Source of the DNA: an uncultured Helicobacter sp.
GTDB lineage: Bacteria > Campylobacterota > Campylobacteria > Campylobacterales > Helicobacteraceae
Assembly (NCBI GenBank): GCA_944323645.1
Contig: CALUTE010000001.1
Location: 138,466 to 202,465, forward strand
Reading direction: 5' to 3'
DNA length: 64,000 nt
Shown here: one piece after another, positions 33,827 through 43,813 of the stretch
Layout: the number at the start of each line of letters is the position of its first letter
Position numbering within the stretch: position 1 is the first letter of the stretch
The notes under the pieces: generated by a model
The model's input: the letters and a program-made list of their open reading frames with translations, nothing else
Told to the model about the DNA's origin: nothing
Database searches by the model: none
Position numbers and translations under genes: made by a program

Positions 33827-35008
33827 TTAAAAGGTTGCTAATACTTTGTGCAGTTTGTCATGCATTTGTTCAATATGTTTAGGGGTAATGATGAGTGGTG
33901 GTGCAAAACGCAATGTATTTCCTCCTGCAGCAAGTATCACAAGCCCCTGCTTAAGCGCTGCGCTAACAATCCGCTTAGCTTCTAGCTTGTTGCGCCCACT
34001 AGATACTACCTCAATACCTTGTAAAAGCCCCATTCCACGAACATCACACAAAAATCCATAACGCGATTGCAAATCGCATAGGCTTTGTTGCAAAAGTGGT
34101 GCAACTTTTGCAACATTCTCAAGAATCCCAAGTTCTTCAAATAAGTCAAATACCTTGCTTACTGCAGCGCACGCAAGAGGATTCCCACCATAAGTACTCC
34201 CATGATCTCCTATTTGTAATGAAGCGTTTGCCACACGCTCGCTCACTACAAAAGCTCCAACAGGAATGCCACAGCCAAGAGCCTTAGCAGAAGTAATAAT
34301 ATCGGGCAGAATTCCATAGTGTTCATAAGCAAACATTTTTCCACTTCTACCCATACCACATTGGATTTCATCAAGAATCAATAATATATCATATCTATCG
34401 CACAAAGTGCGCAATTGGCGTAAAAACTGCTTCTGTGCTGGCATAACACCGCCTTCACCTTGTATTGTTTCAAGGATAATAGCACTCGTACGTGGGGTAA
34501 CGAGAGATTCTACGCTTTTTATGTCGTTAAAATGTGCAAATTTAACGCCGCTAAGCAAGGGCTTGAAGGGTTTTTGATAGGCTTTATTACCCGTAACAGA
34601 GAGTGCCCCAAGTGTGCGCCCATGAAAAGAATTATGCATAGCAATAATTTGGGGTGATGCAATGCCCTTTTGGTAAGCATATTTCTTGGCAACTTTGAGT
34701 GCGCCCTCTATAGATTCTGTACCGCTATTTGTGAAAAACACTCTATCAAGCCCGCAAGCACGAACAAGCTTTTGGGCAGCTTCTATGGCAGGTTTGCTGT
34801 AGTATAGATTAGAAATATGGATAAGCTTGTCAATTTGTTGTTTTAGAGCATTATTTAGTGCTTTGTTGCCATAGCCTAGCCCATTTACTGCGATACCGGC
34901 ACCAAAATCAAGATATTGTTTATCCGCACTATCATACAAATAAACTCCTTCTCCCCATTCAAATGTAACAGGCTGGCGAGCATAAATATCCAAAAACGCA
35001 GTTTTCAT
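33827..35008 (-). CDS. argD: Acetylornithine aminotransferase (class III PLP aminotransferase)
   Basis: 393 aa. LILDEIQCGMGRSGK, with PLP-lysine context (TSAKALG). Adjacent to argB. Confidence 0.85.
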   Translation of the reverse strand: MKTAFLDIYARQPVTFEWGEGVYLYDSADKQYLDFGAGIAVNGLGYGNKALNNALKQQIDKLIHISNLYYSKPAIEAAQKLVRACGLDRVFFTNSGTESIEGALKVAKKYAYQKGIASPQIIAMHNSFHGRTLGALSVTGNKAYQKPFKPLLSGVKFAHFNDIKSVESLVTPRTSAIILETIQGEGGVMPAQKQFLRQLRTLCDRYDILLILDEIQCGMGRSGKMFAYEHYGILPDIITSAKALGCGIPVGAFVVSERVANASLQIGDHGSTYGGNPLACAAVSKVFDLFEELGILENVAKVAPLLQQSLCDLQSRYGFLCDVRGMGLLQGIEVVSSGRNKLEAKRIVSAALKQGLVILAAGGNTLRFAPPLIITPKHIEQMHDKLHKVLATF

Positions 35009-35039
35009 AACCTTCCTTTGTTGCAGATTCTATCAGCTT

Positions 35040-35909
35040 TTATATATTTTTATCTTGTAAAATTGCTGTGCCTATCCCTCTATCAGTAAAAAATTCTAAA
35101 AGCAAGCAATGCTGTATGCGCCCATCAATAATATGAACACGTGAGACACCATTTTCTATGGCTTTTATACAGTTTTGCAGCTTTGGCAACATACCACCTC
35201 TAATTCCACCACTATTCAACAAGTATTTTGCTTCACTTATAGTTAGCATACTTATAAGACTTTCTTTGTCATTAAAATCGCGATAAATTCCTTCTATATC
35301 GCTAAGGAACACAAGTTTTTCTGCATCTAATGCTTGGGCAAGCGCATAAGCTGCATCATCAGCATTGATATTATAAGTCTGCGCGTGCGTATCCATACCA
35401 ATAGGACAAACTACTGGAACAAAATCACTTTCAATTAGACTAAGAATAAGCTTGGTATCTACATCTGTAATCTCCCCAACATAGCCGATATCCACTCCAT
35501 TTGGCGTGTGTTTTTTGGCAAGCAAGGTGTTGCCATCTTTGCCACTTATTCCTACTGCACGAACACCAAAACTCGACATATAACCTACAAGACCCTTATT
35601 AATAGCATTAAGTACCATTTGGGCAATTTCTAGTGTATGCTCATCGGTTACCCGCAGACCGCATTCAAAGTGTGGTGTAGAGCCAGATAGCTCAAGCCAT
35701 TTATTGATTTCTTTGCCGCCTCCATGAACGATAATAGGCTTAAAACCAATACTTTTTAAAAGAGCAATATCAAGAATCACACTTTTTTTGAGCATTTCAT
35801 CTTCCATAGCACTACCACCATATTTTACAACAATAATCTTGCCGCTAAAACGCTGGATATAGGGAAGAGCTTCGATAAGAATTTTTGCTTTATTTTGCAA
35901 CTCTTGCAT
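35040..35909 (-). CDS. argB: Acetylglutamate kinase
   Basis: 289 aa. Amino-acid kinase family (VVKYGGSAM, IVHGGG, NINADDAA). Confidence 0.92.
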   Translation of the reverse strand: MQELQNKAKILIEALPYIQRFSGKIIVVKYGGSAMEDEMLKKSVILDIALLKSIGFKPIIVHGGGKEINKWLELSGSTPHFECGLRVTDEHTLEIAQMVLNAINKGLVGYMSSFGVRAVGISGKDGNTLLAKKHTPNGVDIGYVGEITDVDTKLILSLIESDFVPVVCPIGMDTHAQTYNINADDAAYALAQALDAEKLVFLSDIEGIYRDFNDKESLISMLTISEAKYLLNSGGIRGGMLPKLQNCIKAIENGVSRVHIIDGRIQHCLLLEFFTDRGIGTAILQDKNI

Positions 35910-36109
35910 ATTTATACACCTTCCTTATGATACAATATTTAGATTGTCGTCATAAATACTACCAAAGCTTGCTATTGTACACTTGATAAGCTTTAGATAG
36001 GCTTGTTTGTGATAAATCATTGCGTTTATAACAATCTTTTGCCAAGCTATTCCCAAGCAAACCTATGCTATAATAACCCCTCTTATTATATAGGAAGCAA
36101 GGAAGCGCA

Positions 36110-37228
36110 ATGTTTGATCGCAGAATCTTCACGCACTTTGATTTTTTGCTACCAATTTTGATTACTCCTATTATTGCATTATCATATTTTCTCATTGGCG
36201 AAGTCAATGCTACACTCAATCTCAAGCAAACCGTATATATTAGCTTTGGACTTGTAGCTTTTTTGATCGTATTTTTTATTCCAATACGTCAGCTTGATAG
36301 AACCATTTGGTTATTTTATTGGGTATGTATTGTCTTGCTAATCCTTGTGTATTTTATTGGTACAAAACAACTTGGCGCACAACGTTGGATTATGATTGGC
36401 TCTTTTTCAATTCAGCCAAGCGAACCCGTAAAAATTGCTATCATCTTACTATTGGGACTCCATATCCATAATAATCCACCACCACCTGAAGGTTATGGAG
36501 CGAAACAGTTTGCTGTACTAAGTTTTTATATTTTGCTTCCTTTTGTACTTATTCTCAAACAACCAGATTTGGGAACTGCTCTTGTAGTTCTTTTTATGGG
36601 CTTTGGAACACTCTTTTTGATTGGGGTTAATTATAAAATCTGGGTAACACTCGCTGTGCTGATAGCACTAGCTTCACCTCTTATTTATGGATCACTCAAA
36701 GGCTACCAGCTTAAACGTATTAGTGATTTTATATCAGAAAAGCCAAGTTATCATGTCCAACAATCTATTATTACGATTGGTTCTGGAGGCTTGCTTGGCA
36801 AGAAAAAAGAAGAATCATCACAAACACAACTCAAATTCTTGCCTATTGCTACAAGTGATTTTATCTTTGCCTACTTTGCAGAAAGATATGGATTCTTAGG
36901 AAGTCTGTTTTTGCTTATGCTCTATTATTTTTTAATCCTACACATTTTATCCTTTTCGTTACAAGAATCAAAAGATTATCGCTTGCGCACCCATTCGTGT
37001 GGATTAGCTTTATTGCTATTTTTTTATGTAACTGTCAATGTTGGTATGACAATTGGGCTTGCACCAGTAGTGGGCATACCCTTACCATTATTTAGTTATG
37101 GAGGTACAAGTTTTATTACTTTTATGGTGCTTTTTGGCATCTTAGAGAATCTTCTTGCGTTTAGGTTCAATTTTGGCTATAATCGCAATCCTCTTAAAGC
37201 GATTCTGCGCAATCCTAGACGACGCTAA
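36110..37228 (+). CDS. rodA: SEDS-family peptidoglycan polymerase, probably RodA
   Basis: 372 aa, about 10 TM helices. FtsW/RodA/SpoVE blocks (QPSEPVKI, TSDFIFAYFAERYGFLG, GLAPVVGIPLPLFSYGGTS). The short N-terminus favours RodA over FtsW. Confidence 0.8.
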   Translation: MFDRRIFTHFDFLLPILITPIIALSYFLIGEVNATLNLKQTVYISFGLVAFLIVFFIPIRQLDRTIWLFYWVCIVLLILVYFIGTKQLGAQRWIMIGSFSIQPSEPVKIAIILLLGLHIHNNPPPPEGYGAKQFAVLSFYILLPFVLILKQPDLGTALVVLFMGFGTLFLIGVNYKIWVTLAVLIALASPLIYGSLKGYQLKRISDFISEKPSYHVQQSIITIGSGGLLGKKKEESSQTQLKFLPIATSDFIFAYFAERYGFLGSLFLLMLYYFLILHILSFSLQESKDYRLRTHSCGLALLLFFYVTVNVGMTIGLAPVVGIPLPLFSYGGTSFITFMVLFGILENLLAFRFNFGYNRNPLKAILRNPRRR

Positions 37229-37231
37229 ATT

Positions 37232-37308
37232 GGATCTTTAGCTCAGCTGGTCAGAGCACTCGGCTCATAACCGATTGGTCGTAGGTTCAAATCCTACAAG
37301 ATCCACCA
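37232..37308 (+). tRNA. tRNA with CAT anticodon (elongator Met or lysidine-modified Ile2; resembles Ile2)
   Basis: Hand-folded cloverleaf. Acceptor stem GGATCTT/AAGATCC, D-arm GCTC..GAGC, anticodon loop CTCATAA, T-arm GTAGG-TTCAAAT-CCTAC, encoded CCA. The G1-C72 pair and weak anticodon stem argue against the initiator. The TTGGTCG variable region is like E. coli Ile tRNAs, from memory. Confidence 0.9.
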
Positions 37309-37444
37309 CATTAAACTTTTTATATCTTTCTTTACTTGCAAACTAAACTTCACATTGTTTTAGGGTAATTTCTGAAATTTTTTACTTTAGATAAAAAAAA
37401 TTATTAATAGCTATTAAATATTAACTAATTAATGATATAAATTC

Positions 37445-37481
37445 ACTTGTCCCTGTTTTGCCCACCTAAGCAGGGACAAGT
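37445..37481 (+). other. Perfect 11-bp stem hairpin (GC-rich) in an AT-rich spacer
   Basis: ACTTGTCCCTG (37445-37455) and CAGGGACAAGT (37471-37481), with a 15-nt loop. A second hairpin (CCCACTC...GAGTGGG) follows about 30 nt downstream and is itself followed by a T-rich stretch. Confidence 0.6.
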
Positions 37482-37606
37482 GACAAAAGACTTTTTAAGT
37501 TCCTTTCTGTACCCACTCTCTCCCAAGCCAAGGGAGTGGGCTTTCTCATTACAATTATTTTATGAAACTTTATACTATAATGTTCTTCTCAAATCAAGGA
37601 GTATAT

Positions 37607-40309
37607 ATGCGCGTTTTGGTTTTGATGCGAGGTATCCCAGGTAGTGGTAAGAGTTCTTGGATTAAGCAATTTGGACTTGAAGATTATGCATTAAGCCCTG
37701 ATGCTATACGACTTATGTTTGAAGCTCCCTCACTGCTCATATTACCAAAAAATGAAGAAAATAAAGATTCTTCTGTTTTTCAAGCAATTGCACAGCAATA
37801 TGATAAACAAGTATGGAAAACTCTTTTTACCATACTAGAATCGCGCCTCGAGCGAGGGAATTTTACAATCATCGATGCTACACACATAAGTCATGATGCA
37901 TTGCGTGCATACGAAGTGCTAGCAAGTAAATACCGCTATCGCATTGTAGTTATTGACTTTAGTCATATTCCTCTAGAAACTGCAAAACGCCAAAATCGTA
38001 TGCGAGGCTTTAAAAGCGTACCAGATTCTGTTATAGAATCTATGCATATTCGCTTGCAAGAGTCTATTAAAAACCCTTTGAACACTCGCTATAATATATT
38101 GCGATCAGATACAATATCGCCTCTCGTACTCTACAATGAACAAAACAATGTCACCACATATTTGCAACAGCTTGATGCAATGTCTTCTAGCTCAAAAAAT
38201 GTATCCTTTAATCCCTTAATCTTTGCTCCAACAAACCTTAATAGCTATAAGAAAATTCACCATATTGGTGATATCCATGGTTGTTTTAATGTCCTTTTGA
38301 CATATTTACTCTTTAGCACAACACTTTCACAAAACAATCCCAATATCCCCAATATCTCTGATATTCTAAAAACTTTACAAACAACAAACTTTGCCAAGGA
38401 AGAATGTGTAAAGCTTATCCAGCCCAATGAATACTATATCTTTCTTGGGGATTATATTGATAGGGGTGTACAAAATGCAGAAGTTATACAATTTTTGCTA
38501 GGCATTATGGATCTACCTAATGTTTGCTTACTTGAGGGCAATCACGAACGCTGGCTTAATAAATGGGGAAGAGAGGATCTTGGAGAAAATGAATTTAGCA
38601 CATTCAGCGCACAAGATCTTGCAAACGCTGCCCTATCACCCAAAGATACACATAGGTTGTATGCCAAATTGCGCCAATGCGCCTACTATATATATGATGA
38701 TAAACTTGTACTTAGTACACACGGAGGTTTATCTACACTTCCCCCAAACTTACTCCTCGTAGCAACGCACCAAATGATTTATGGTGTTGGTGAATATAGT
38801 AATACACAACAATGTGCGCAAAGCTTTACCCTAAGTACTCCTAAGCATATTTATCAGGCTTTTGGTCATCGCAACAAAGAAAAGCTTCCTATGCGCATAT
38901 ATGAGCGCAATCTTGTCCTAGAAGGAAGCGTGGAGTTTGGTGGAGCATTGCGTGTTGCAATACTTGAGCACCACCCTTGTCGATCGTACACTAGCCAATC
39001 ACACTGCACGGATTCTGTTCTTATAAACTCTCCTTTTACAACAAACAATAAACTAATAACCAACTCCTGCGAAACACAACATATCAAGCAAAATTCCTTT
39101 ATAGGAGTGATATGGCGAAATGATAAATTTACTGAAATTTATGTGCAAAACCGTAGCAATCTTATGCAGCAAAACGAGCGCCACCAAGCGCGTTCTATCT
39201 TTAAACTACTTGACAAACTACGTTCTAATAAATATATCAAAGAGCGCGAGTTCAAGCATATTTCTAGCTTCAATTTCACCAAGCAAGCCTTTTTTGATAA
39301 GCATTGGAATGAGATTGTATGCAAAGCGCGGGGATTGTTTATCAATACGCGCGATATGAAGATTTTAGCGCGCAGTTATGACAAATTTTTTAACTATCAA
39401 GAGTGTGCGACCACAACAAAAGAATACCTCAAAGAGCACCTATCTTATCCTATTGAAGTATTTGCTAAAGAAAATGGATTTTTGGGAATTATAAGTGTTG
39501 AAGATGATAGCCTTTTTGTTACCTCTAAATCTGACCCTACAAGCGAGTATGCCGGCATAGCACGCGCCCTGATACAGCAAACACTCTACTCCCATGCAAA
39601 TACCATAAACTGCACAGCAAGCACCTTAGAGTACAAGCTCTGCAAACACCTAAAAAAGCAGAATCTAAGTCTTGTTGTTGAGGTTATCCACCCAGAAAAA
39701 GACCCCCATATCATCGCATACAATAAGCCACAAATCATACTGCTCGATGCGATATACAATACACTCACATACAAAAAACTTCCATATAACGAACTGTGCG
39801 CACTTGGTAGAGAATTTGGATTGCCCTGTAAGCAACATATAGCCTCTCTCGCATCGTGGGAAGAATTAGAAATATTTTTGCAAAATCTAAAATACGTACA
39901 AGCAGAATCTAAATACCAAGTGTACGATGATAGTATATTAGATACCACCTCACCAACCACAGAATCTAACGCTTTTGTAGTACATTTACTAGATTCTGGG
40001 GAGCGCGAGCGTGGATTTATTGAAGGGTTTGTTTTGGAAGATAACACAGGGTTTATGTTTAAATATAAAACTCCATACTATCGCTTCTGGAAAGAATTGC
40101 GTACAAAAATAGAAAAAGCATTATGCACACGGACACTTCCAAAGCCTTCCAAATGCCATACTAGTATTGAAATATCTAATCTTGAGAGCGCTTTTTTAAA
40201 ATATATTGCTGAAAGGATTGACAAATATGGTTTTGAGAAATTAGAGCGTATGAGTCTTGTTGCTCTACGCGCACAATTTCTTAAAGAACAATCTAAAGCA
40301 AACATATAA
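37607..40309 (+). CDS. pnkp: Polynucleotide kinase-phosphatase / RNA ligase (Pnkp-type trifunctional RNA repair enzyme)
   Basis: 900 aa from MRVLVLMRGIPGSGKSS (P-loop kinase). Central calcineurin-like phosphoesterase motifs (IGDIHG, GDYIDRG, GNHE, THGG, GHR). C-terminal nucleotidyltransferase motifs: I KENG (Lys codon 39467-39469), IV EGFVLE, V FKYKT. RBS aaggag and a TATAAT about 26 nt upstream. Confidence 0.8.
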   Translation: MRVLVLMRGIPGSGKSSWIKQFGLEDYALSPDAIRLMFEAPSLLILPKNEENKDSSVFQAIAQQYDKQVWKTLFTILESRLERGNFTIIDATHISHDALRAYEVLASKYRYRIVVIDFSHIPLETAKRQNRMRGFKSVPDSVIESMHIRLQESIKNPLNTRYNILRSDTISPLVLYNEQNNVTTYLQQLDAMSSSSKNVSFNPLIFAPTNLNSYKKIHHIGDIHGCFNVLLTYLLFSTTLSQNNPNIPNISDILKTLQTTNFAKEECVKLIQPNEYYIFLGDYIDRGVQNAEVIQFLLGIMDLPNVCLLEGNHERWLNKWGREDLGENEFSTFSAQDLANAALSPKDTHRLYAKLRQCAYYIYDDKLVLSTHGGLSTLPPNLLLVATHQMIYGVGEYSNTQQCAQSFTLSTPKHIYQAFGHRNKEKLPMRIYERNLVLEGSVEFGGALRVAILEHHPCRSYTSQSHCTDSVLINSPFTTNNKLITNSCETQHIKQNSFIGVIWRNDKFTEIYVQNRSNLMQQNERHQARSIFKLLDKLRSNKYIKEREFKHISSFNFTKQAFFDKHWNEIVCKARGLFINTRDMKILARSYDKFFNYQECATTTKEYLKEHLSYPIEVFAKENGFLGIISVEDDSLFVTSKSDPTSEYAGIARALIQQTLYSHANTINCTASTLEYKLCKHLKKQNLSLVVEVIHPEKDPHIIAYNKPQIILLDAIYNTLTYKKLPYNELCALGREFGLPCKQHIASLASWEELEIFLQNLKYVQAESKYQVYDDSILDTTSPTTESNAFVVHLLDSGERERGFIEGFVLEDNTGFMFKYKTPYYRFWKELRTKIEKALCTRTLPKPSKCHTSIEISNLESAFLKYIAERIDKYGFEKLERMSLVALRAQFLKEQSKANI

Positions 40310-40473
40310 TAATCACTGCGAAATTTGCTAGTACCTCTGTATAGAAAAAGGGCTAAACAGAGAAAAAGAAAAAGCTTCTAGAACTACAAAAACCATACTA
40401 GAATCTAGATATAATCTGTATAGCAGAATATCCTATAAGAACCACTGCCTAAAGGTTTTTGCTAAGCAAGATA

Positions 40474-41409
40474 TTACAAGCGCTCCTCAAAAGCTCCATA
40501 ACGCATAATTTTTTCATAACGCTTTTTGAGATAGTCTTTGTCCTTAAGAATTTCGCTAAGACTTTGTAGAAAATACTGCTTAATGTTTTGTGCTGCACTT
40601 TCTTTATCGCGATGCGCACCACTTAGTGGCTCTGGAATAATATCATCTATAAGATTAGCTTTTTTGAGTTCATCAGGAGTAATTTTCATCGCCTTTGTAG
40701 CAGATTCTATCTTAGCCGGATCGTTCCAAAGAATAGCTGCGCACCCTTCGGGTGAGATAACACTAAAGATTGAATATTGCATCATTGCAAGTCTATCAGC
40801 CACAGCAATAGCAAGTGCGCCACCACTACCACCTTCACCAATCACAACAGAAATTGTAGGTGTGCGTAAAGAAGAAAACTCTTGCAGATTTTTAGCTATA
40901 GCCTCACTTTGTCCGCGCTCTTCTGCCCCAATACCCGGATACGCTCCAGCCGTATCAACTAACATAAGAATGGGAAGTTTGAATTTTTCTGCGAGTTTAG
41001 CCGCTTTTAAAGCCTTGCGGTATCCTTCTGGGTTTGGCATACCAAAATTACGCGTAATTTTGTTCTTTGTCCCTCTACCTTTCTCTTCTCCGATAACAAG
41101 TACTGGCTGATCATCAATTTTGCCAATCATACACACAATCGCCTTATCATCGCGAAAATGCCTATCACCGCAAATCTCGTAAGAATCTTTGAGAATAATC
41201 TCTATATAATCGAGTGCATAAGGTCTATCAGGATGGCGCGCCAACTGGAGCTTCTGGTAATCGCTCATATTGCCATAAACTTTTTTTAGCTCTTTTTCTA
41301 GATCTTGTTGCAGGATTTCCTTTGCTGCTAAATCCCCACGCATAGTTGCCATTTCTATATCATCTTGAATGCTCTTTATTTGCCTCTCAAAATCTAGACA
41401 AGTCGCCAT
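40474..41409 (-). CDS. accA: Acetyl-CoA carboxylase carboxyltransferase subunit alpha
   Basis: 311 aa. Characteristic LDFERQI..., HPDRPY and [21 protein letters not shown] blocks. Confidence 0.96.
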   Translation of the reverse strand: MATCLDFERQIKSIQDDIEMATMRGDLAAKEILQQDLEKELKKVYGNMSDYQKLQLARHPDRPYALDYIEIILKDSYEICGDRHFRDDKAIVCMIGKIDDQPVLVIGEEKGRGTKNKITRNFGMPNPEGYRKALKAAKLAEKFKLPILMLVDTAGAYPGIGAEERGQSEAIAKNLQEFSSLRTPTISVVIGEGGSGGALAIAVADRLAMMQYSIFSVISPEGCAAILWNDPAKIESATKAMKITPDELKKANLIDDIIPEPLSGAHRDKESAAQNIKQYFLQSLSEILKDKDYLKKRYEKIMRYGAFEERL

Positions 41410-41447
41410 ACTTACCTCACTCTACCATCACACTTAAAAGCGTGAAA

Positions 41448-42686
41448 CTATAATTTTTTAAATATAATAACCCCATTTGTTCCACCAAAACCAAAAGAAT
41501 TACTCATAACAGCATTAATTTTGGCTTCACGAGCGATATTTGGAATATAGTCAAGATCACATTCTGGATCTTTGTACTCCTGATTAATAGTTGGCGGGAG
41601 TATGTTTTTATTCATAGCCATAATAGAAATTACTGCCTCAATAGCACCAGCTGCGCCAAGACAATGTCCTATTTGTCCTTTTGTCGAGCTAACAGGAGGA
41701 ACATTTTCTTTTCCCCCAAATACTTTCTTAAGTGCCATTGTTTCAAACAAATCATTATATGCGGTACTTGTGCCATGCGCATTAACATAATCAACCCTAA
41801 TCTTTGCCATATCAAGTGCAGCCCTCATAGCGCGTGCTGCGCCTTCTCCTTCGGGAGCTGGAGTGGTAATGTGATTTGCATCACCACTCTCGCCAAACCC
41901 AGCAACTTCAGCATAAATTTCTGCACCACGCGCCTTGGCGTGTTCATATTCTTCAAGTACTAATGCCCCAGCACCTTCGCCCATAACAAATCCACTGCGT
42001 TCTTTATCAAATGGCCGTGAAGCCTTTTGTGGCTCATCGTTACGTTCGCTCAATGCTTTCATCGCTGCAAAGCCACCGATACCAACCGGACATATAGTAG
42101 ATTCTGCACCGATCACAAGCATTGCATCTGCACCATTTAGCATAATCGTCTTTGCTGCCTCGATAATAGCGTGAGTTCCAGCAGCACAAGCAGTTACACT
42201 AGCAAGGTTTGGTCCTTTTATACCAAATTCTATTGAGGTAAAACCACCAAGCATATTTATAAGTGCTGATGGAATAAAAAATGGCGTAATGCGTTTTGGA
42301 CCTTTCTCAAAACAAGTAATAGAATTCTTCTCGATGTTAATAAGCCCCCCTATCCCTGCACCAGAGCTCACACCAAAACGACTGGCTAACTTCTCGTTGC
42401 ATTTTCCATCACTCTCTAACATTCCACTATCAAGCATAGCTTCTTTACTTGCTTTGAGCCCAAGCTGGATAAAACGATCAGTCTTTTTAACCTCTTTGGG
42501 GTTGAGTACCTCTTCTGGATTAAACCCTTCAATCTCTGCAGCAATACGAACAGGAAACTCGCTTGCATCAAAAAGGCTTATTCTTTTAACTCCACATTTC
42601 CCATCAACGATAGCCTGAAAAGAATCATCTTTCTTGAGCCCCACCGCATTAATCATGCCAATACCCGTAATGACTACGCGACGCAT
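41448..42686 (-). CDS. fabF: 3-Oxoacyl-ACP synthase II
   Basis: MRRVVITGIGMINAVG start. Active-site Cys context (VTACAAGTHAI), HGTST and GHCLGAAG motifs. The track ORF has an 11-codon upstream extension that I reject. Confidence 0.95.
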   Translation of the reverse strand: MRRVVITGIGMINAVGLKKDDSFQAIVDGKCGVKRISLFDASEFPVRIAAEIEGFNPEEVLNPKEVKKTDRFIQLGLKASKEAMLDSGMLESDGKCNEKLASRFGVSSGAGIGGLINIEKNSITCFEKGPKRITPFFIPSALINMLGGFTSIEFGIKGPNLASVTACAAGTHAIIEAAKTIMLNGADAMLVIGAESTICPVGIGGFAAMKALSERNDEPQKASRPFDKERSGFVMGEGAGALVLEEYEHAKARGAEIYAEVAGFGESGDANHITTPAPEGEGAARAMRAALDMAKIRVDYVNAHGTSTAYNDLFETMALKKVFGGKENVPPVSSTKGQIGHCLGAAGAIEAVISIMAMNKNILPPTINQEYKDPECDLDYIPNIAREAKINAVMSNSFGFGGTNGVIIFKKL

Positions 42687-42760
42687 AATACTCCTTATGT
42701 CTTGCTCTAAATAGAGCAAGTAATTATTGTATTTCTATATTTTATGCACTCTCACAAAAG

Positions 42761-42994
42761 TTATTTTTTGTTAGCCTCAATGAACTCTACCACATCACTA
42801 ACTTTTTGAATTTTGTTTGCTTCTTCGTCTGGAATCTCTACACCAAACTTTTCTTCAAGTGCCATAATAAGCTCGACCACATCAAGAGAATCTGCATTCA
42901 AATCTTTTACAAATTCTGCTTCAGGTGTTACCTTATCTGCCTCAACACTCAACTCTTTTACGATTACTTCTTTCACTTCATCAAATAGTGCCAT
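42761..42994 (-). CDS. acpP: Acyl carrier protein
   Basis: 77 aa from [12 protein letters not shown], with the DSLD phosphopantetheine attachment motif ([19 protein letters not shown]). Confidence 0.96.
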   Translation of the reverse strand: MALFDEVKEVIVKELSVEADKVTPEAEFVKDLNADSLDVVELIMALEEKFGVEIPDEEANKIQKVSDVVEFIEANKK

Positions 42995-43069
42995 ATTTAC
43001 TCCTTTGATTTTTTGGTAATTTGCAATTTTAGACAATTTTTTTAAAAAAATCAATCCAAAAAGAATAAA

Positions 43070-43813
43070 TTACATATATAAACCGCCATTAACCTTGAGT
43101 ACCTCACCTGTAATATAGCTGGCGCAATCACTCAACAAAAATGCCACTGCTTCAGCTACCTCATTACTTTGCCCAAAACGTCCAAGAGGAATAGTTTTTT
43201 TATACTCCTCTTTTGTTGCATCATTAAGCGCATCAGTCATATCTGTCTGAATAAAGCCCGGTGTTATACAATTAAAACGTACATTCCTTGGGGCTCCTTC
43301 ATAAGCAAAACTTTTGCTCATAGCAATCATTCCCCCTTTGCTGGCTGCATAGTTCGTCTGCCCAGCATTCCCACGTTCACCGATAATAGAAGCGATATTA
43401 ACAACCGCACCAAATCGCTGCTTGCTCATAATCTTTAACCCTTCACGACAACCAATGAAACACGATTTTAAATTTGCATCAACTACCCCCATAAATTCAT
43501 CAGTTTTCATACGCAATGCGAGCTTATCATTTGTGATACCAGCATTATTTACAAGATAGCTAAGTTCGCCATCACTCTGAATAATTGCCTGGATCCCCTG
43601 CATGAAAGCTTCTTCATCAGTAACATCAAACTTAATAACGGCTGCCTTGCCTCCTTTGGATTCTATTTCACTTTTTAGCGCATCAGCAAGCTCTGGCTTT
43701 GAACGATAGTTGATCCATACCTTGAGTCCATATCCTGCCAAAACTTTAGCAATCTCTGCACCTATACTGCGAGAAGCTCCTGTTACAAGAACATTTTTAC
43801 CACTAAATTTCAT
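43070..43813 (-). CDS. fabG: 3-Oxoacyl-ACP reductase
   Basis: 247 aa from MKFSGKNVLVTGASRSIG. SDR motifs NNAG and YAASK. Part of the fabG-acpP-fabF-accA gene string. Confidence 0.94.
   Translation of the reverse strand: MKFSGKNVLVTGASRSIGAEIAKVLAGYGLKVWINYRSKPELADALKSEIESKGGKAAVIKFDVTDEEAFMQGIQAIIQSDGELSYLVNNAGITNDKLALRMKTDEFMGVVDANLKSCFIGCREGLKIMSKQRFGAVVNIASIIGERGNAGQTNYAASKGGMIAMSKSFAYEGAPRNVRFNCITPGFIQTDMTDALNDATKEEYKKTIPLGRFGQSNEVAEAVAFLLSDCASYITGEVLKVNGGLYM

Noticed and set aside
35959-36225. 88-aa minus-strand ORF overlapping the rodA start
   Set aside because: It overlaps the rodA N-terminus and promoter region, and has no family resemblance or RBS.
37309-40473. Possible tRNA-targeted genomic island or mobile element carrying pnkp
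   Set aside because: No integrase, recombinase or transposase ORF is present, and I saw no obvious repeat of the tRNA 3' end flanking the segment. Acquisition remains possible, but a mobile-element call is unsupported.
40310-40473. Looked for a hen1-like methyltransferase downstream of pnkp
   Set aside because: Only 164 nt of non-coding DNA lies before the convergent accA, and no ORF is present. No methyltransferase-like ORF lies upstream either.
40538-41110. 190-aa + strand ORF antisense to accA. Similar antisense ORFs lie in fabF (41602-42618), pnkp (39586-40047), lon (7556-7954) and prpB (20124-20513).
   Set aside because: All lie within well-supported genes on the opposite strand. Their Ser/Ala/Pro-rich low-complexity translations are characteristic of antisense frames.
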